Part shown: in pieces, positions 19,109-30,110 of the stretch
Layout of the letters: each line of letters opens with the position of its first letter
How positions within the stretch are numbered: position 1 is the first letter of the stretch
Source: Candidatus Saganbacteria bacterium
Lineage (GTDB): Bacteria; Margulisbacteria; WOR-1; JAKLHX01
Reading direction: 5' to 3'
NCBI GenBank assembly: GCA_026387835.1
Contig: JAPLKZ010000010.1
Location: 1-32,000, forward strand
Length of the DNA: 32,000 bases
Made by a program: the position numbers and the translations under genes
Notes under the pieces: model-generated
Seen by the model: the letters and a program-made list of their open reading frames with translations, nothing else
The model's database searches: none
Told to the model about the DNA's origin: nothing

Positions 19109-22100
19109 TTACTCCTTTTTACCGTGGGTAGGGACTATGTCCAGATACCTGTACCCGACAAAACCCGTTCCCGCAGGTATAAGCCTTCCGATTATTACGT
19201 TCTCTTTCAGCCCGTACATCTGGTCTATCTTTCCCCTGATGGCCGCATCGGTCAGTATCCTTGCCGTCTCCTGAAATGATGCCGCGGATATGAAGCTCTC
19301 CGTCAGGAGCGAAGCCTTTGTTATTCCTAAAAGGACCTGTGAGGCCGTCGATTTTTCACCCTTCGTATCTTCGCAGATCCGGTCGAACTCTTTTTTATCT
19401 ATCAACTCTCCGGGCAGCAGCATCGTGTCGCCCGAAGTAAGTATCCTGACCTTTTTTGTCATCTGCCGGACCGCTGTCTCGACATGTTTATCGTGTATTG
19501 TCACTCCCTGCAGCCTGTATATTTTCTGTATCTCGTTCACAAGATGCCTTTGGACCGCTTCTTCGCCTTTTATCGCCAGAATATCATGCGGGTTGACCGT
19601 ACCAAAAGTCAGATGTGCCCCTTTATGCACTTTGTCGCCCTTTGCCACTCTGATCCTTACATCGTAAGGTATGAAGTAATCCCTTATATCGTCCTTTTCA
19701 CCGTGAATTATTACGTGCCTTTCGCCTTCTTTGTCCTTGATGTCCACTTTGCCGTCGATCTCCGAAAGGATCACGGAATCCTTGGGCTTCCTTGCCTCAA
19801 ACAGCTCTTCGACTTTCGGAAGACCCTGAATGATGTCCTTTGTCTTGCTGGGATCGCGGCTCAGGCTCTCCACTTTTGCGATCACTTCATAGCTTCCAAG
19901 CACGTCGCCGTCGCTTGCAAGAAGCCTTGAACCCGAAGGTATCTGGTAATATTCTCCCTGCGCGGTCACTACATTCTTGTGTTTTCCTCCTTCTTCGATA
20001 TCAATGACCACTCCCGGCGTCCTCGCGGTGACATCGGCCGATATTTCCGTCCCGATATTGACGGCATCCCCTATCCTTACGAACAACCTTGCCGTTTTAG
20101 GGGCCTCATATTCCTTCAGGACCTTAGGATTGTAGATGAATGCCATCCCGTCATTTTTTGTAAGGGTTTCCAGTACTGTCCTCTCGTCTATCTTCTTTTT
20201 TCTTTCAAACGTCTCGATGTTCATCAGCTTCAGCTTGCCCTCGGATGTTGCGATGATGTAATCGTATGTCGGGTCATATTCCGCCAGGACCTGCGCAGCG
20301 TCTACATGGTCACCGTCATGAACGTTCATCGTAGAACCGACAGGTATGTTATATTCTTCTTCTCTTTCCTTGAGGCTCACCTTTACATCGGATTCCCTGG
20401 TAACGATCTTCACTTTTTTCCCAAGATCATCCGCTATCGATTTTACTTCAAGGTCCTCGCCCCATTTTACTTTCCCCGCGTGCTTCGCTTTTATCTGGAT
20501 CTTGGCCGTAGTGTGCAGAGCGATGCCTCCTATATGGAACGTCCTCATTGTGAGCTGCGTGCCCGGCTCCCCGATAGACTGAGCGGCTGTTATTCCGACA
20601 GCCTCGCCTATGTTGATCAGTTTACCGGTCGCAAGATCCCTTCCGTAACAGACCTGGCAGATCCCTCTTTTTGCTTTGCACTTAAGAGGTGACCTGACCT
20701 CGATACTTTCAATGCCGGCTTCCCCTATTTTTTCGGCTTTTTCTTCCGTTATCTCGTCTCCCGAAGCGACGATCACTTTTCCCGAGATCGGGTCCTGGAC
20801 CTTTGAGGCTGCCATTCTGCCATAAATCCTTGTGCGCAGCGGGATTATTTCTTCATATCCTTCCCTGACGCTTGAGACCGTTATTCCTTTTTTAGTGCCG
20901 CAATCTTCTTCTGTTATCATGACGTCCTGTGCCACGTCCACAAGGCGCCTTGTCAGGTATCCCGAATCAGCGGTCCTTAAGGCCGTATCCACTAACCCTT
21001 TCCTGGCTCCGTACGATGATATGAAATATTCCGTGACCGTCAGCCCTTCTTTGAAATTTGTCTTGATAGGTATCTCGATGATATTCCCTGAAGGATCGGC
21101 CATCAGGCCCCTGATCCCGGAAAGCTGTCTTACCTGCTGCAGTGAACCTCTCGCGCCCGAGAACGCCATCAGGTACACCGAATTTAATTTGTCGAACTCA
21201 TTGAGCATCGATTGCGTGACGTCCGTCGTGACTTTGCTCCATACATCAAGTGTTTTTATGAACTTTTCTTTGGAAGATATATGCCCGTTCTTTTCCATCT
21301 TCTCAAGCTGTTTAATTTCTTCTTCCGCGGTCCCGACGATCTCCTTCTTGTTCTTTGGGACCACAAGGTCATCGAGGCCGATCGATATCCCGGCAAGAGT
21401 TGCGTATTTGAAACCAAGCCTTTTTATCTCATCGGCGATGTCCGCGGCCACCGCGGACCCGAACTTGTAATAGCATTCCTTGACCAGTTCTTCCACCCTT
21501 CCCTTATTGAAAGTGTGGTCCCTGTAGTCTAGGGTTATTTCGGGCATTCTTCTTTTTATCGCATTATTGATCGTATTATTGAATTTAATGCGACCGACCG
21601 TGGTCTCGACAAACTCACCGCCGCGCCTGACCTTGATCTTTGCGTGCAGATGTATCTCGCTGAGATCGTGAGCGAACATAGCTTCTTCATCATCCGCAAA
21701 TATCATCCCCGCGCCTTTTGACTGGTTATCATCCAGGTATGTCATGTAATAAGTCCCTAGTATCATGTCCTGGGTCGGAGTGACTATAGGCCTTCCCGAG
21801 GCGGGGGACAGGATATTGTTGGATGAAAGCATCAGGAGCCTTGCTTCAACCTGCGCTTCGGGAAGCAGGGGCACATGGACCGCCATCTGGTCCCCGTCGA
21901 AATCCGCGTTGAACGCCGTGCACACCAGCGGATGTATCTGTATCGCTTTGCCTTCAACAAGCACCGGTTCGAAAGCCTGTATGCCAAGCCTGTGCAGCGT
22001 TGGCGCTCTGTTAAGCATTACCACCTGTCCCTTTATGACCTCTTCCAAAATATCCCAGACCGCCACATCTTTTCTTTCAAGCTGCCTTTTAGCGCTTTTT

Positions 22101-23290
22101 ACATTTTGGGAAAGTCCCTTTTCGACCAGTTTTCTTATGACGAAAGGCTTGAAAAGCTCCAGGGCCATGCTTTTCGGGAGCCCGCACTGGTGCATCTTTA
22201 AAGAAGGACCTACGACTATCACCGATCTTCCCGAATAATCTGCCCTCTTACCGAGCAGGTTCTGCCTGAAACGGCCCTGTTTTCCTTCGATGATGTCCGA
22301 AAGTGATTTAAGCGGTCTGCCGTTCGAGCCCGTGACCGCGCGTTTTCTTTTACCGTTGTCGATCAGCACGTCCACCGATTCCTGGAGCATCCTCTTTTCG
22401 TTCCTTATGATCATCTCGGGAGCGCCCATCGCTATCATCTTCTTAAGACGGTTATTTCTGTTGAGCACCCTTCGGTAGAGATCATTAAGGTCTGATGTTG
22501 CGAACCTTCCGCCTTCAAGCTGCACCATCGGCCTGAGGTCCGGAGGCATCACGGGGACTACCTCCAGTATCATCCATTCGGGCCTGTTGCCGGAATCAAG
22601 GAACGCTTCGGCAACCCTCAGCCTTTTGACTATCCTTATCTTTTTCTGGCTGTTCGCGCCCTTTGCGTCCTTTTTATTGAGCTCTTTGCGGAGCGATTTT
22701 ACCAGATCGGGCAGATCGATCTTCGATAATAGTTCCCTGACCGGTTTTGCGCCCGTATCCGCTTTAAAACTGTTGCCGTATTTCTCCTTGAACTCCTGAT
22801 ACTGCCCCTCTTTGAGGATATCGCAGACTTTTATCTTGCCTTTCAGGTCGTCCGAAGCTTCTGTCACTATGTATGAATCGTAATATATTACCTCTTCGAG
22901 GGATTTATTTGATACGTCAAGGAGAAGTCCTATATACCCGGGAATACCGCGCAAAAACCACACGTGGGAAACGGGGACGCAAAGTCTGATGTGCGCCATT
23001 CTTTCCCTTCTGACACGGGAAGTCGTCACCTCGACACCGCATCTTTCACAGATTATCCCGCGGTATCTCACCCTCCTGTACCTGCCGCAATGGCATTCCC
23101 AGTCCTTTACCGGACCGAATATTTTTTCACAGAAAAGGCCTTTTCTCTCCGGCTTGAATGTCCTGTAATTTATTGTCTCCGGTTTTTCGACTTCCCCGTG
23201 CGACCATGACAATATGCGCTCGGTCGAGACGAGCCCTATTTTCAGGAAATCGAACCAGCTTAATTCGGGCCTTGGGCTTTTGTCGGGCAT
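19109..23290 (-). CDS. rpoC: DNA-directed RNA polymerase subunit beta-prime, with a large trigger-loop insertion
   Basis: 1393 aa. It has the zinc motif [23 protein letters not shown], the catalytic [12 protein letters not shown], and the trigger loop/bridge [16 protein letters not shown] ... [17 protein letters not shown] separated by ~227 aa. Confidence 0.97.
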   Translation of the reverse strand: MPDKSPRPELSWFDFLKIGLVSTERILSWSHGEVEKPETINYRTFKPERKGLFCEKIFGPVKDWECHCGRYRRVRYRGIICERCGVEVTTSRVRRERMAHIRLCVPVSHVWFLRGIPGYIGLLLDVSNKSLEEVIYYDSYIVTEASDDLKGKIKVCDILKEGQYQEFKEKYGNSFKADTGAKPVRELLSKIDLPDLVKSLRKELNKKDAKGANSQKKIRIVKRLRVAEAFLDSGNRPEWMILEVVPVMPPDLRPMVQLEGGRFATSDLNDLYRRVLNRNNRLKKMIAMGAPEMIIRNEKRMLQESVDVLIDNGKRKRAVTGSNGRPLKSLSDIIEGKQGRFRQNLLGKRADYSGRSVIVVGPSLKMHQCGLPKSMALELFKPFVIRKLVEKGLSQNVKSAKRQLERKDVAVWDILEEVIKGQVVMLNRAPTLHRLGIQAFEPVLVEGKAIQIHPLVCTAFNADFDGDQMAVHVPLLPEAQVEARLLMLSSNNILSPASGRPIVTPTQDMILGTYYMTYLDDNQSKGAGMIFADDEEAMFAHDLSEIHLHAKIKVRRGGEFVETTVGRIKFNNTINNAIKRRMPEITLDYRDHTFNKGRVEELVKECYYKFGSAVAADIADEIKRLGFKYATLAGISIGLDDLVVPKNKKEIVGTAEEEIKQLEKMEKNGHISSKEKFIKTLDVWSKVTTDVTQSMLNEFDKLNSVYLMAFSGARGSLQQVRQLSGIRGLMADPSGNIIEIPIKTNFKEGLTVTEYFISSYGARKGLVDTALRTADSGYLTRRLVDVAQDVMITEEDCGTKKGITVSSVREGYEEIIPLRTRIYGRMAASKVQDPISGKVIVASGDEITEEKAEKIGEAGIESIEVRSPLKCKAKRGICQVCYGRDLATGKLINIGEAVGITAAQSIGEPGTQLTMRTFHIGGIALHTTAKIQIKAKHAGKVKWGEDLEVKSIADDLGKKVKIVTRESDVKVSLKEREEEYNIPVGSTMNVHDGDHVDAAQVLAEYDPTYDYIIATSEGKLKLMNIETFERKKKIDERTVLETLTKNDGMAFIYNPKVLKEYEAPKTARLFVRIGDAVNIGTEISADVTARTPGVVIDIEEGGKHKNVVTAQGEYYQIPSGSRLLASDGDVLGSYEVIAKVESLSRDPSKTKDIIQGLPKVEELFEARKPKDSVILSEIDGKVDIKDKEGERHVIIHGEKDDIRDYFIPYDVRIRVAKGDKVHKGAHLTFGTVNPHDILAIKGEEAVQRHLVNEIQKIYRLQGVTIHDKHVETAVRQMTKKVRILTSGDTMLLPGELIDKKEFDRICEDTKGEKSTASQVLLGITKASLLTESFISAASFQETARILTDAAIRGKIDQMYGLKENVIIGRLIPAGTGFVGYRYLDIVPTHGKKE

Positions 23291-23291
23291 T

Positions 23292-26200
23292 TTATCTCTC
23301 TTTCAGCGGTTTTGACAGGAATGTCTTTCTTCTTGCCATATCCGTCGCCTTGCCGCTCTCTTCGTCAAGATTGATCTCCTTGCCGTCCTTAGTTATCAGC
23401 TTCAGGTCAAGCGCCAGGCTCCTCAGTTCTTTCACCAGGACTTTGAACGATTCAGGGGTCCCCGGTTTTGCCATCGGCTTGCCTTTTATTATTGATTCGT
23501 AAACTTTCGATCTTCCGCCCACATCGTCGGATTTTATCGTCAGAAGCTCCTGGAGGCAGTGCGCCGCGCCGTACGCCTCGAGCGCCCACACTTCCATCTC
23601 ACCGAACCTCTGTCCTCCGAACTGGGCTTTGCCCCCCAGCGGCTGCTGCGTTATCAATGAATACGGACCGGTGGAACGCGCGTGCATCTTATCATCGACA
23701 AGGTGTATAAGTTTCATTATATACATGCACCCGCAGACTACGTCCCTTTCGAAAGCCCTGCCCGTCCTTCCGTCGCGGAGCGCTATTTTCCCTGTCTTTG
23801 AGAGCCAGTGGTATCCGGATTCTATGGCGGCTTTTTCCAGTTCTCTTTCTATCAGCTTTATCGATGCATCTTCCTCTATCGTCTCGTCAAATGATATGAC
23901 TTTATAATGTTTTTTTAATATATATGCGGCTTCTCCGAGCAGCAGTTCGAATATCTGCCCGACGTTCATCCTTGAAGGCACTCCAAGCGGGTTTAGTATG
24001 ATGTCTACAGGCGTTCCGTCAGGAAGATACGGCATGTCCTCTACCGGCAGTACCCTGGCGACAACGCCTTTGTTGCCGTGGCGCCCCGCCAGTTTATCGC
24101 CTATGGAGACCTTTCTCATCTGAGCGATATACACCCGGATTATTTCATGGACTCCCGGAGCCAGCTCATCGCCTTCTTCCCTTGAAAAAGTCCTGACCGC
24201 CACGATTTTTCCCACTTCACCCGGGGGAACCTTCAGTGAAGTATCCCTCATATCGCGGGCTTTATCCCCGAAGATCGCCCTTAATAGTTTCTCCTCCGCC
24301 GGCAGTTCGGTCTCTCCCTTTGGCGTTACTTTTCCGACAAGTATGTCGCCGGGCTTTACTTCGGCCCCTATCATTATGACCCCGCGCTCGTCAAGGTTCT
24401 TTAGCGCATCCTCGCTTACGTTCGGGATCTCTCTTGTGATCTCTTCCATCCCGAGCTTTGTCGTCCTTACGTCGATCTCGAACCTCTCTATATGTACCGA
24501 AGTAAAGACATCGTCTATTACAAGCCTTTCGCTTAAGAGGATGGCATCCTCAAAGTTATATCCTTCCCAGGGCATGAACGCCACAAGCACGTTCTTTCCG
24601 AGAGCGATCTCCCCTTTATCCGTTGTGGAGCCGTCCGCTATGACGTCGCCTTTTTTTACTTTATCGCCGTTCTTTACGATGGGTCTCTGGTGCAGGCATG
24701 TGTTCTGGTTGCTTCTCTGAAATTTTATTAAGCGGTACTCATCGTTTTTCCCCGTGTCCAACTTAATGATTATATCTTCCGAGGTCACTTTTGACACCAC
24801 GCCCGAGTTCCTTGCTATGACGGGGACCCCCGAATCCACCGCGGTCTGCATCTCCAGTCCCGTGCCGATGAAAGGAGCTTCGGGGCTCAGGATCGGGACA
24901 GACTGGCGCTGCATGTTGGCCCCCATAAGCGCGCGGTTAGCGTCATCATGCTCGAGGAACGGGATCAAAGCCGTGGTGATACTGAACACCTGTGCCGGAT
25001 GCACGCCGATGTAGTCTACTTCATCGCTCGGGGCCAGGGTGAACTCGCGTTTATATCTTACAACCGAGGTCTTCTCGACTATCCTTGAGTGATCGTCCAC
25101 TTTGATGTCGCAGGGCCCGATCTTATAAAGGTCTTCCGTGTCGGCGGTCATATATTCTACTTTATCCGTGACTTTACCGCTGACTACTTTGTAATAAGGG
25201 GTTTCGATAAAACCGTATTTATTCACTTTTGCGAATGTCGCAAGCGAAGAGATTATTCCCGCGTTCGGGCCTTCGGGTGTCTCGATCGGGCAGATGCGGC
25301 CGTAATGCGAAGGATGAATGTCCCTTACTTCAAATCCGGCCCTTTCCCTTGTCAGACCGCCGGGGCCCAGCGCGCTGAGACGCCTTTTGTGGGTCAATTC
25401 AGACAACGGATTTGTCTGGTCCATGAACTGCGAAAGCTGGCTTGATCCAAAAAATTCCCTCAGCACCGCCACTATCGGCCTTATGTTTATCAGCTGCTGC
25501 GGCCCGACTTTTTCACCGCTTCTTATCACCATCTGTTCTCTTATCAGCCTTTCAACCCTTATCAACCCTACCCTGAACTGCCTTTGCAGCAATTCCCCGA
25601 CCGACCTTATGCGCCTGTTGCCGAGATGGTCGATATCGTCCGGCAAACCCTCGCCTTTGTTAAGCGCTATCAGATATGCCACGGAACCAAGTATGTCCTC
25701 TTTTGTCAGAACGCGTTTACTGTCGGGTATGTCAAGGCCAAGCTTCTTGTTCACCTTGTGACGCCCCACGCGCCCGAGATCGTATCTTTTTGAATTGAAG
25801 AAAAGATTGTTCAGATATACCTGCGCACCTTCTTTAGTCACGGGATCTCCCGGCCGCAGTTTTCTGTATATCTCAAGCAGGGCATCCTCTTTTGATTTTA
25901 CCGGCGCTTCCTTCAATGTCTTTCTTCTTATTTCGTTGTCCGCAAGCGAGTCGCTTATCTGTTTCTCGGTACATCCTATCGCGGACAGGAATTTTGTTAT
26001 TGCAACTTTCTTTGTCCTGTTTATCCTGGCGAAAACTACGCCGCTGTTGTCTATCTCGATCTCCAGCCATGACCCGCGGTCAGGCACTATGGTCGAGTAG
26101 TAAAGAGGCTTTCCGGTCCTTCCTGAGATCTTGCTTTTCCTGAAATAGACCCCGGACGACCTGACAAGCTGGCTCACGACCACCCTTTCAGCGCCATTAA

Positions 26201-26561
26201 TAATAAAAGTGGCCCTGGTTGTCATCAAAGGAAGATCACCTATAAAGACTTCCTGCACTTTTATTTCACCGCTTTCCTTGTCTATCAGCCTCGCAGTGAC
26301 GTTCAAAGGAGCGCAGTAAGTGACCTCTTTGATAAGGCTCTGCTCCGCCGAGTGCTTTGGCTTGCTCAGCTTATAGGCACCGGTGAACTCAAGCTCGTAT
26401 TTTCCGCCGTATCCCTTGATCGGCGATATCGCTTTGAGTTCTTCCTTAAGCCCTTCGTCAAGGAACCACTGGAAGGAATCCTTCTGCATCTCCAAAAGGT
26501 CCGGCGGGTCCATGTCGAATTTATCTACCGCGTACGGATTTATTCTGTTACTTGATCTCAA
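23292..26561 (-). CDS. rpoB: DNA-directed RNA polymerase subunit beta (compact form)
   Basis: 1089 aa. N-terminus [18 protein letters not shown], plus rif-region-like [34 protein letters not shown] and GRHGNKGVV. The start is assigned to the TTG at 26559..26561, which has GGAGG 5 nt upstream and lies inside the 3' end of rplL. The alternative ATG at 26513 would delete conserved N-terminal residues. Confidence 0.9.
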   Translation of the reverse strand: MRSSNRINPYAVDKFDMDPPDLLEMQKDSFQWFLDEGLKEELKAISPIKGYGGKYELEFTGAYKLSKPKHSAEQSLIKEVTYCAPLNVTARLIDKESGEIKVQEVFIGDLPLMTTRATFIINGAERVVVSQLVRSSGVYFRKSKISGRTGKPLYYSTIVPDRGSWLEIEIDNSGVVFARINRTKKVAITKFLSAIGCTEKQISDSLADNEIRRKTLKEAPVKSKEDALLEIYRKLRPGDPVTKEGAQVYLNNLFFNSKRYDLGRVGRHKVNKKLGLDIPDSKRVLTKEDILGSVAYLIALNKGEGLPDDIDHLGNRRIRSVGELLQRQFRVGLIRVERLIREQMVIRSGEKVGPQQLINIRPIVAVLREFFGSSQLSQFMDQTNPLSELTHKRRLSALGPGGLTRERAGFEVRDIHPSHYGRICPIETPEGPNAGIISSLATFAKVNKYGFIETPYYKVVSGKVTDKVEYMTADTEDLYKIGPCDIKVDDHSRIVEKTSVVRYKREFTLAPSDEVDYIGVHPAQVFSITTALIPFLEHDDANRALMGANMQRQSVPILSPEAPFIGTGLEMQTAVDSGVPVIARNSGVVSKVTSEDIIIKLDTGKNDEYRLIKFQRSNQNTCLHQRPIVKNGDKVKKGDVIADGSTTDKGEIALGKNVLVAFMPWEGYNFEDAILLSERLVIDDVFTSVHIERFEIDVRTTKLGMEEITREIPNVSEDALKNLDERGVIMIGAEVKPGDILVGKVTPKGETELPAEEKLLRAIFGDKARDMRDTSLKVPPGEVGKIVAVRTFSREEGDELAPGVHEIIRVYIAQMRKVSIGDKLAGRHGNKGVVARVLPVEDMPYLPDGTPVDIILNPLGVPSRMNVGQIFELLLGEAAYILKKHYKVISFDETIEEDASIKLIERELEKAAIESGYHWLSKTGKIALRDGRTGRAFERDVVCGCMYIMKLIHLVDDKMHARSTGPYSLITQQPLGGKAQFGGQRFGEMEVWALEAYGAAHCLQELLTIKSDDVGGRSKVYESIIKGKPMAKPGTPESFKVLVKELRSLALDLKLITKDGKEINLDEESGKATDMARRKTFLSKPLKER

Positions 26562-26916
26562 CGACGCCTCCTTGCTCTTCCAGTTTTTTCTTTATTTCTT
26601 CCGCTTCGGCTTTTTTGATCTTGGATTTTACCGGTTTTGGAGTAGTGTCCACCAGGTCTTTTGCTTCCTTCAGTCCCAGCCCGGTTATTTCACGCACTAC
26701 CTTCAGGACCTGGATCTTCTTATCGCCGACGCTGGTAAGTATGACATCGACCTCATCCTTTACCTCTTCTGCCGGTCCCGCCGCGGCCCCTGCCATTACA
26801 GCTACCGGTGCTGCCGCCGTCACGCCGAACTTCTCTTCAAGCGCCTTCACCAGGTCGGACAGCTCTAACACCGTCAGGCCTTCGACCGTTGTTATGACAT
26901 CTTCTATCTTACCCAT
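26548..26916 (-). CDS. rplL: 50S ribosomal protein bL12 (L7/L12)
   Basis: 122 aa. [19 protein letters not shown], an Ala-rich hinge, then [23 protein letters not shown]......K.....[19 protein letters not shown]. Confidence 0.96.
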   Translation of the reverse strand: MGKIEDVITTVEGLTVLELSDLVKALEEKFGVTAAAPVAVMAGAAAGPAEEVKDEVDVILTSVGDKKIQVLKVVREITGLGLKEAKDLVDTTPKPVKSKIKKAEAEEIKKKLEEQGGVVEIK

Positions 26917-26922
26917 CTTTCA

Positions 26923-27453
26923 TCACGCTCCTTTCTTTTTTTGTATCTCGTTCAATGCGATCACGAACTTTCTTATCGGTCCCTGGAGGACCCTTACAAA
27001 ACCCGTTATCGGCGATTTCATCCCGGCAAAAGCCATCGCCAGGAGCGCTTCCCTGCCGGGCAGCGCCGCGAGTTTTTTTACCTGTGAAGCGTCGATAAGC
27101 TTACCTTCCATCACGGCCGCTTTGACCAATGGTTTTTCGTTTTCCTTGATGAATGCCGTCAGTATCTTTGCCGGCCCTATCATATCCCCGAAACCGAATA
27201 TTACGGATGTCGGGCCATTGAACGTTTTTTTAAGTTCCTCCTTGAAATCTCCTTCTATTGTCCTTGCCGCCAGAGTGTTCTTGACGACCTTATACTGCGC
27301 GTTCACATTCCACAATTTTCTTCTCAGTGCCGTCATCTGCGCTACCGTAAGCCCTTTATGATCTGTGAATATCATTATGTTGCTTTTTCCCGCCTTGTCC
27401 CTGATGTCTTCTATCTGGGCGGTTTTTTCGGGTCTTGGTTGTTTGTCCGTCAT
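26923..27453 (-). CDS. rplJ: 50S ribosomal protein uL10
   Basis: IMIFTDHKGLTVAQMTALRRKL is an L10 core motif. I prefer the ATG at 27451..27453 (MTDKQPRPEK...), 1 nt after the rplA stop with GGAGGA upstream. The ORF-track start at 27489 is inside rplA. Confidence 0.9.
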   Translation of the reverse strand: MTDKQPRPEKTAQIEDIRDKAGKSNIMIFTDHKGLTVAQMTALRRKLWNVNAQYKVVKNTLAARTIEGDFKEELKKTFNGPTSVIFGFGDMIGPAKILTAFIKENEKPLVKAAVMEGKLIDASQVKKLAALPGREALLAMAFAGMKSPITGFVRVLQGPIRKFVIALNEIQKKKGA

Positions 27454-27454
27454 C

Positions 27455-28159
27455 CTAGTCCTCCAGCTCCTTTGCCAGTTTTGACACATTCAGCTTGATC
27501 CCGGGCCCCATCGTCGTTGAAACGGTCGCCGATTTCATAAATATGCCTTTTAAAGCGCTCGGCTTTGCCTTGTTTATGGCTTCGACCGCAGCGGTTATGT
27601 TCGCTTTCAAAGACTTTTCATCGAACGAGATCTTGCCGATCCCCAGATGTATGTTCCCGGTCTTGTCCATCTTAAACTCGAGCTTTCCGGCTTTGAACTC
27701 TCTTACGGCTTTTCCGATATCCATGGCCACCGTTCCCGCTTTCGGGCTTGGCATCAGGCCTTTTTTGCCGAGGACTTTTCCGAGTTTTCCGACCTGAGAC
27801 ATAATATCCGGAGTTGCAAGGACCAGGTCAAAATCAAGCCAGCCGGCCGAGATCTTTTCAACGAGGTCTTCGGCGCCCACGGCATCCGCCCCTGCCTCTT
27901 CAGCTTCTTTGTATTTGTCGCCTTTTGTCAGGACGACTATTTTTATTTTTTTTCCGGTACCGGCAGGCAGCGCGAACGTGCCTCTTACGCCCTGGTCGCT
28001 TTTCTTGGGATCGACCCCCAGATGCATGGCCAGGTCGACCGTCTCATCGAACTTTGCTCTTGCGGTCTTTTTTAAAAGGTCTACAGCTTCCGCCACCGTG
28101 TACTTTACCTGGTTGTCCACAAGTTTTTGTTTTTCCGTATATTTTTTTCCGCTTTTCAT
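27455..28159 (-). CDS. rplA: 50S ribosomal protein uL1
   Basis: 234 aa. [32 protein letters not shown]...V.V.......A.EAGAD.VG...L...I....LDFD...ATPD.M..VGKLG..LG.KGLMP. Confidence 0.95.
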   Translation of the reverse strand: MKSGKKYTEKQKLVDNQVKYTVAEAVDLLKKTARAKFDETVDLAMHLGVDPKKSDQGVRGTFALPAGTGKKIKIVVLTKGDKYKEAEEAGADAVGAEDLVEKISAGWLDFDLVLATPDIMSQVGKLGKVLGKKGLMPSPKAGTVAMDIGKAVREFKAGKLEFKMDKTGNIHLGIGKISFDEKSLKANITAAVEAINKAKPSALKGIFMKSATVSTTMGPGIKLNVSKLAKELED

Positions 28160-28160
28160 C

Positions 28161-28583
28161 CTACTTGACCTCTATTCCCATATTCCTCGCCGTTCCGGCA
28201 ATAATTTTGGAAGCCGCTTCGATCGACATCGCGTTCAGGTCAGGCAGCTTTATTTTGGCGATCTCTTCGAGCTGCGCCCTTGTTATGCTCCCGACTTTTT
28301 CCTTATTAGGCTCTTTTGATCCTTTTTCCACACCAGCAGCTTTTCTGATCAAAACCGCCGCGGGAGGGGTCTTAAGTACGAAAGAAAAAGACCTGTCTTC
28401 AAATATTGATATTTCGACCGGGATGACGGTATCGCCCTTATCTCCCGTAGAAGCGTTATATGCCTTGCAGAACTCCATGATATTGACACCGTGCTGGCCA
28501 AGGGCAGGCCCTATCGGCGGCGCGGGGTTGGCTTTTCCCGCCTGTATCTGGAGCTTTATCTTTGTAAGTATTTTTTTTGCCAT
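28161..28583 (-). CDS. rplK: 50S ribosomal protein uL11
   Basis: 140 aa. [35 protein letters not shown]. Confidence 0.96.
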   Translation of the reverse strand: MAKKILTKIKLQIQAGKANPAPPIGPALGQHGVNIMEFCKAYNASTGDKGDTVIPVEISIFEDRSFSFVLKTPPAAVLIRKAAGVEKGSKEPNKEKVGSITRAQLEEIAKIKLPDLNAMSIEAASKIIAGTARNMGIEVK

Positions 28584-28585
28584 TT

Positions 28586-29422
28586 TTATACTATCTTTTC
28601 TACCCTGTCAAAATCCACCTCGACCGACGTGTCCCTTCCGAATATGTTTATCATCGCCTTCAGCTTTGATTTTGCCGGTATCACTTCCGATACCGAACCT
28701 GTATATCCCCTGAATGACCCGCTGATTATCCTTATCGGCTCCCCGTTCTCAAACTCGACCTTTATCTCTTTTCCCTTTATACCGAGCTGCTTGAGGACCC
28801 TCTGCATCTCCCTGTCCGTCACGGCCTGCGGCTTGATCTTTCCTCCTATGAACCTTGCGACCCCCGCGGTGCTCCTTATTTTGTACCAGGTGTCCTCGTC
28901 AAGGGCCATCTCTATGAACACATAGCCGGGGTACATCTTTCTTTTTCTTTCGATCCTTTTGTTCCCCTTGATCTCTACAGTCTCTTCCTCGGGCACAAGC
29001 ACCCTGAATATCTTTTCTTTTAACCCGAGCTCTTCGATGCTTCCCTCGATCCTTTCCTTTACCCTGTCCTCCTGCCCCGTAAGCGTCTGGACAATATACC
29101 ATCTCGGTTCAGGCTTCGCTTCCGGTTCCGTTGTTTCCCCGGCCGGCGAATCCTCCGTCCTTATCTCATCTATTACTTCCTCTTTACTTTCTTCTTTTTC
29201 CTCCGCCTTCGCTTCCGACTGTTCAGGCTTTTCCTGAGGTTCTGCCCCGCTGTTTTCATCCGCCGCTTCTGTCTTTATCTCTTCTTTTATCTCTTCTTTC
29301 GTTTCTTCTTTTGACTCTTCTACCGCCTCTTTTGCATCTTCGACATTTATTACAGCCTGAACCTCATTTTCAGGTTCCGCTTTTATTTCTTCACGATCTT
29401 CGCTTATTATTTCTTTTTCCAT
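28586..29422 (-). CDS. nusG: Transcription termination/antitermination factor NusG with ~106 aa acidic N-terminal extension
   Basis: The NGN domain starts at [15 protein letters not shown]. The KOW motif is [21 protein letters not shown]. The ORF stays open upstream to the secE stop. The ATG at 29420..29422 is 2 nt after that stop, and a TTG at 29428 is an alternative start. There is no in-frame ATG/GTG/TTG near the NGN boundary. Confidence 0.9.
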   Translation of the reverse strand: MEKEIISEDREEIKAEPENEVQAVINVEDAKEAVEESKEETKEEIKEEIKTEAADENSGAEPQEKPEQSEAKAEEKEESKEEVIDEIRTEDSPAGETTEPEAKPEPRWYIVQTLTGQEDRVKERIEGSIEELGLKEKIFRVLVPEEETVEIKGNKRIERKRKMYPGYVFIEMALDEDTWYKIRSTAGVARFIGGKIKPQAVTDREMQRVLKQLGIKGKEIKVEFENGEPIRIISGSFRGYTGSVSEVIPAKSKLKAMINIFGRDTSVEVDFDRVEKIV

Positions 29423-29424
29423 AC

Positions 29425-29658
29425 TCAAAAACTTGGCTTGATCAAATAATTCAGGCCCTTGAACATCTCCGCAAAACCCCAGTCCACTAAAAGCACATAA
29501 GCGGAACTCAAAAAGACTATTATCAGGATTATCACCGTCGCGGCCGCAACATATTTTCTGTCCGGCCAGACCACCTTTTTTGCTTCTGTCTCGGTCTCCT
29601 TTAAATAAGTCTTTATCCTTTTTATTATGTCGGACTTTACTTTCTTCTCTTCAGACAT
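29425..29658 (-). CDS. secE: Preprotein translocase subunit SecE
   Basis: 77 aa. ETETEAKKVVWPDRKYVAAATVIILIIVFLSSAYVLLVDWGF is a single C-terminal TM helix preceded by the (K)V.WP motif. It sits in the canonical position upstream of nusG. Confidence 0.9.
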   Translation of the reverse strand: MSEEKKVKSDIIKRIKTYLKETETEAKKVVWPDRKYVAAATVIILIIVFLSSAYVLLVDWGFAEMFKGLNYLIKPSF

Positions 29659-29699
29659 CTCTTTCCTTGCCTTTTAATATCGCCCCCGGCTTTTTTCAG

Positions 29700-29772
<73 letters not shown>

Positions 29773-29833
29773 TTGAAGTCACTCGTGACTGGTCGCTAAT
29801 GACTCGCGCGGATAACGGGACACTGGCCACTAT

Positions 29834-29983
29834 TTACTTTTCTTCTTTATGCAGAGTTCTTTTCCTGCACGCGTTGCAATACTTTTTTATCGAAAGCTTC
29901 TCGGATCCGGGCTTTTTGTTCCTCGTAGAGCAGTAATTTTTTCTTTTACATGCCGTGCAAGAAAGCGTAATAATTTCTCTCAT
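29834..29983 (-). CDS. rpmG: 50S ribosomal protein bL33 (zinc form)
   Basis: The ATG at 29981..29983 gives the 49-aa MREIITLSCTACKRKNYCSTRNKKPGSEKLSIKKYCNACRKRTLHKEEK, with CxxC...CxxC. The longer ORF-track N-terminus (MMGGFCALKVIC) has no counterpart in L33 and is dropped. Confidence 0.9.
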   Translation of the reverse strand: MREIITLSCTACKRKNYCSTRNKKPGSEKLSIKKYCNACRKRTLHKEEK

Positions 29984-30081
29984 ACAAATAACCTTAAGGG
30001 CACAAAATCCCCCCATCAAAATTTTTTTGAAATTTTACGAGATTTTGCCCTTCCTATTGGATCAAAACCGAGCTGAATATA

Positions 30082-30110
30082 ATGTTACAACACGCATCAA
30101 ATCTTGTCAA
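30082..30110 (-). promoter_or_regulatory. Candidate sigma70-type promoter for the rpmG to rpsI gene string
   Basis: The minus strand reads TTGACA (30110..30105), a 17-nt spacer, then TAACAT (30087..30082), about 100 nt upstream of the rpmG ATG. The -10 matches consensus at only 4 of 6 positions. Sequence pattern only. Confidence 0.25.

Noticed and set aside
26513-26515. The ATG at 26513 as the rpoB start, which would avoid overlap with rplL.
   Set aside because: It would remove about 16 residues that normally precede the conserved P.LL..Q..SF motif, and it has no SD. The upstream TTG has a perfect GGAGG at optimal spacing. I keep it as an explicit alternative in the finding.
27814-28713. A 299-aa plus-strand ORF. 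Other long antisense ORFs include 4935..5708 (257 aa), 26552..27361 (269 aa), 16796..17602 (268 aa), 9345..9995 and 20832..21470.
   Set aside because: All lie exactly opposite strongly conserved minus-strand genes (rplA/rplK/nusG, map/adk, rplL/rplJ, fusA, rpsH, rpoC). Their Ser/Phe/Leu/Pro-rich low-complexity translations contain no motif I recognise. They are typical shadow ORFs of AT-leaning, purine-rich coding strands.
793-29428. An alternative genetic code with UGA reassigned, considered because L30 loss is typical of candidate-phylum bacteria, some of which recode UGA.
   Set aside because: TGA ends rpsI, rplQ, rpoA, adk, secY, rplO, rpsN, rplP, rplD, rplJ and secE at their expected conserved C-termini. 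No conserved gene needs read-through of an in-frame TGA.
29682-29697. GCCCCCGGC followed by TTTTTT on the plus strand, which resembles a rho-independent terminator.
   Set aside because: The stem is only 3 bp (GCC/GGC). No plus-strand transcription unit approaches it. On the transcribed minus strand the A-run precedes the stem rather than a U-run following it, and the segment lies between tRNA-Trp and the secE SD.
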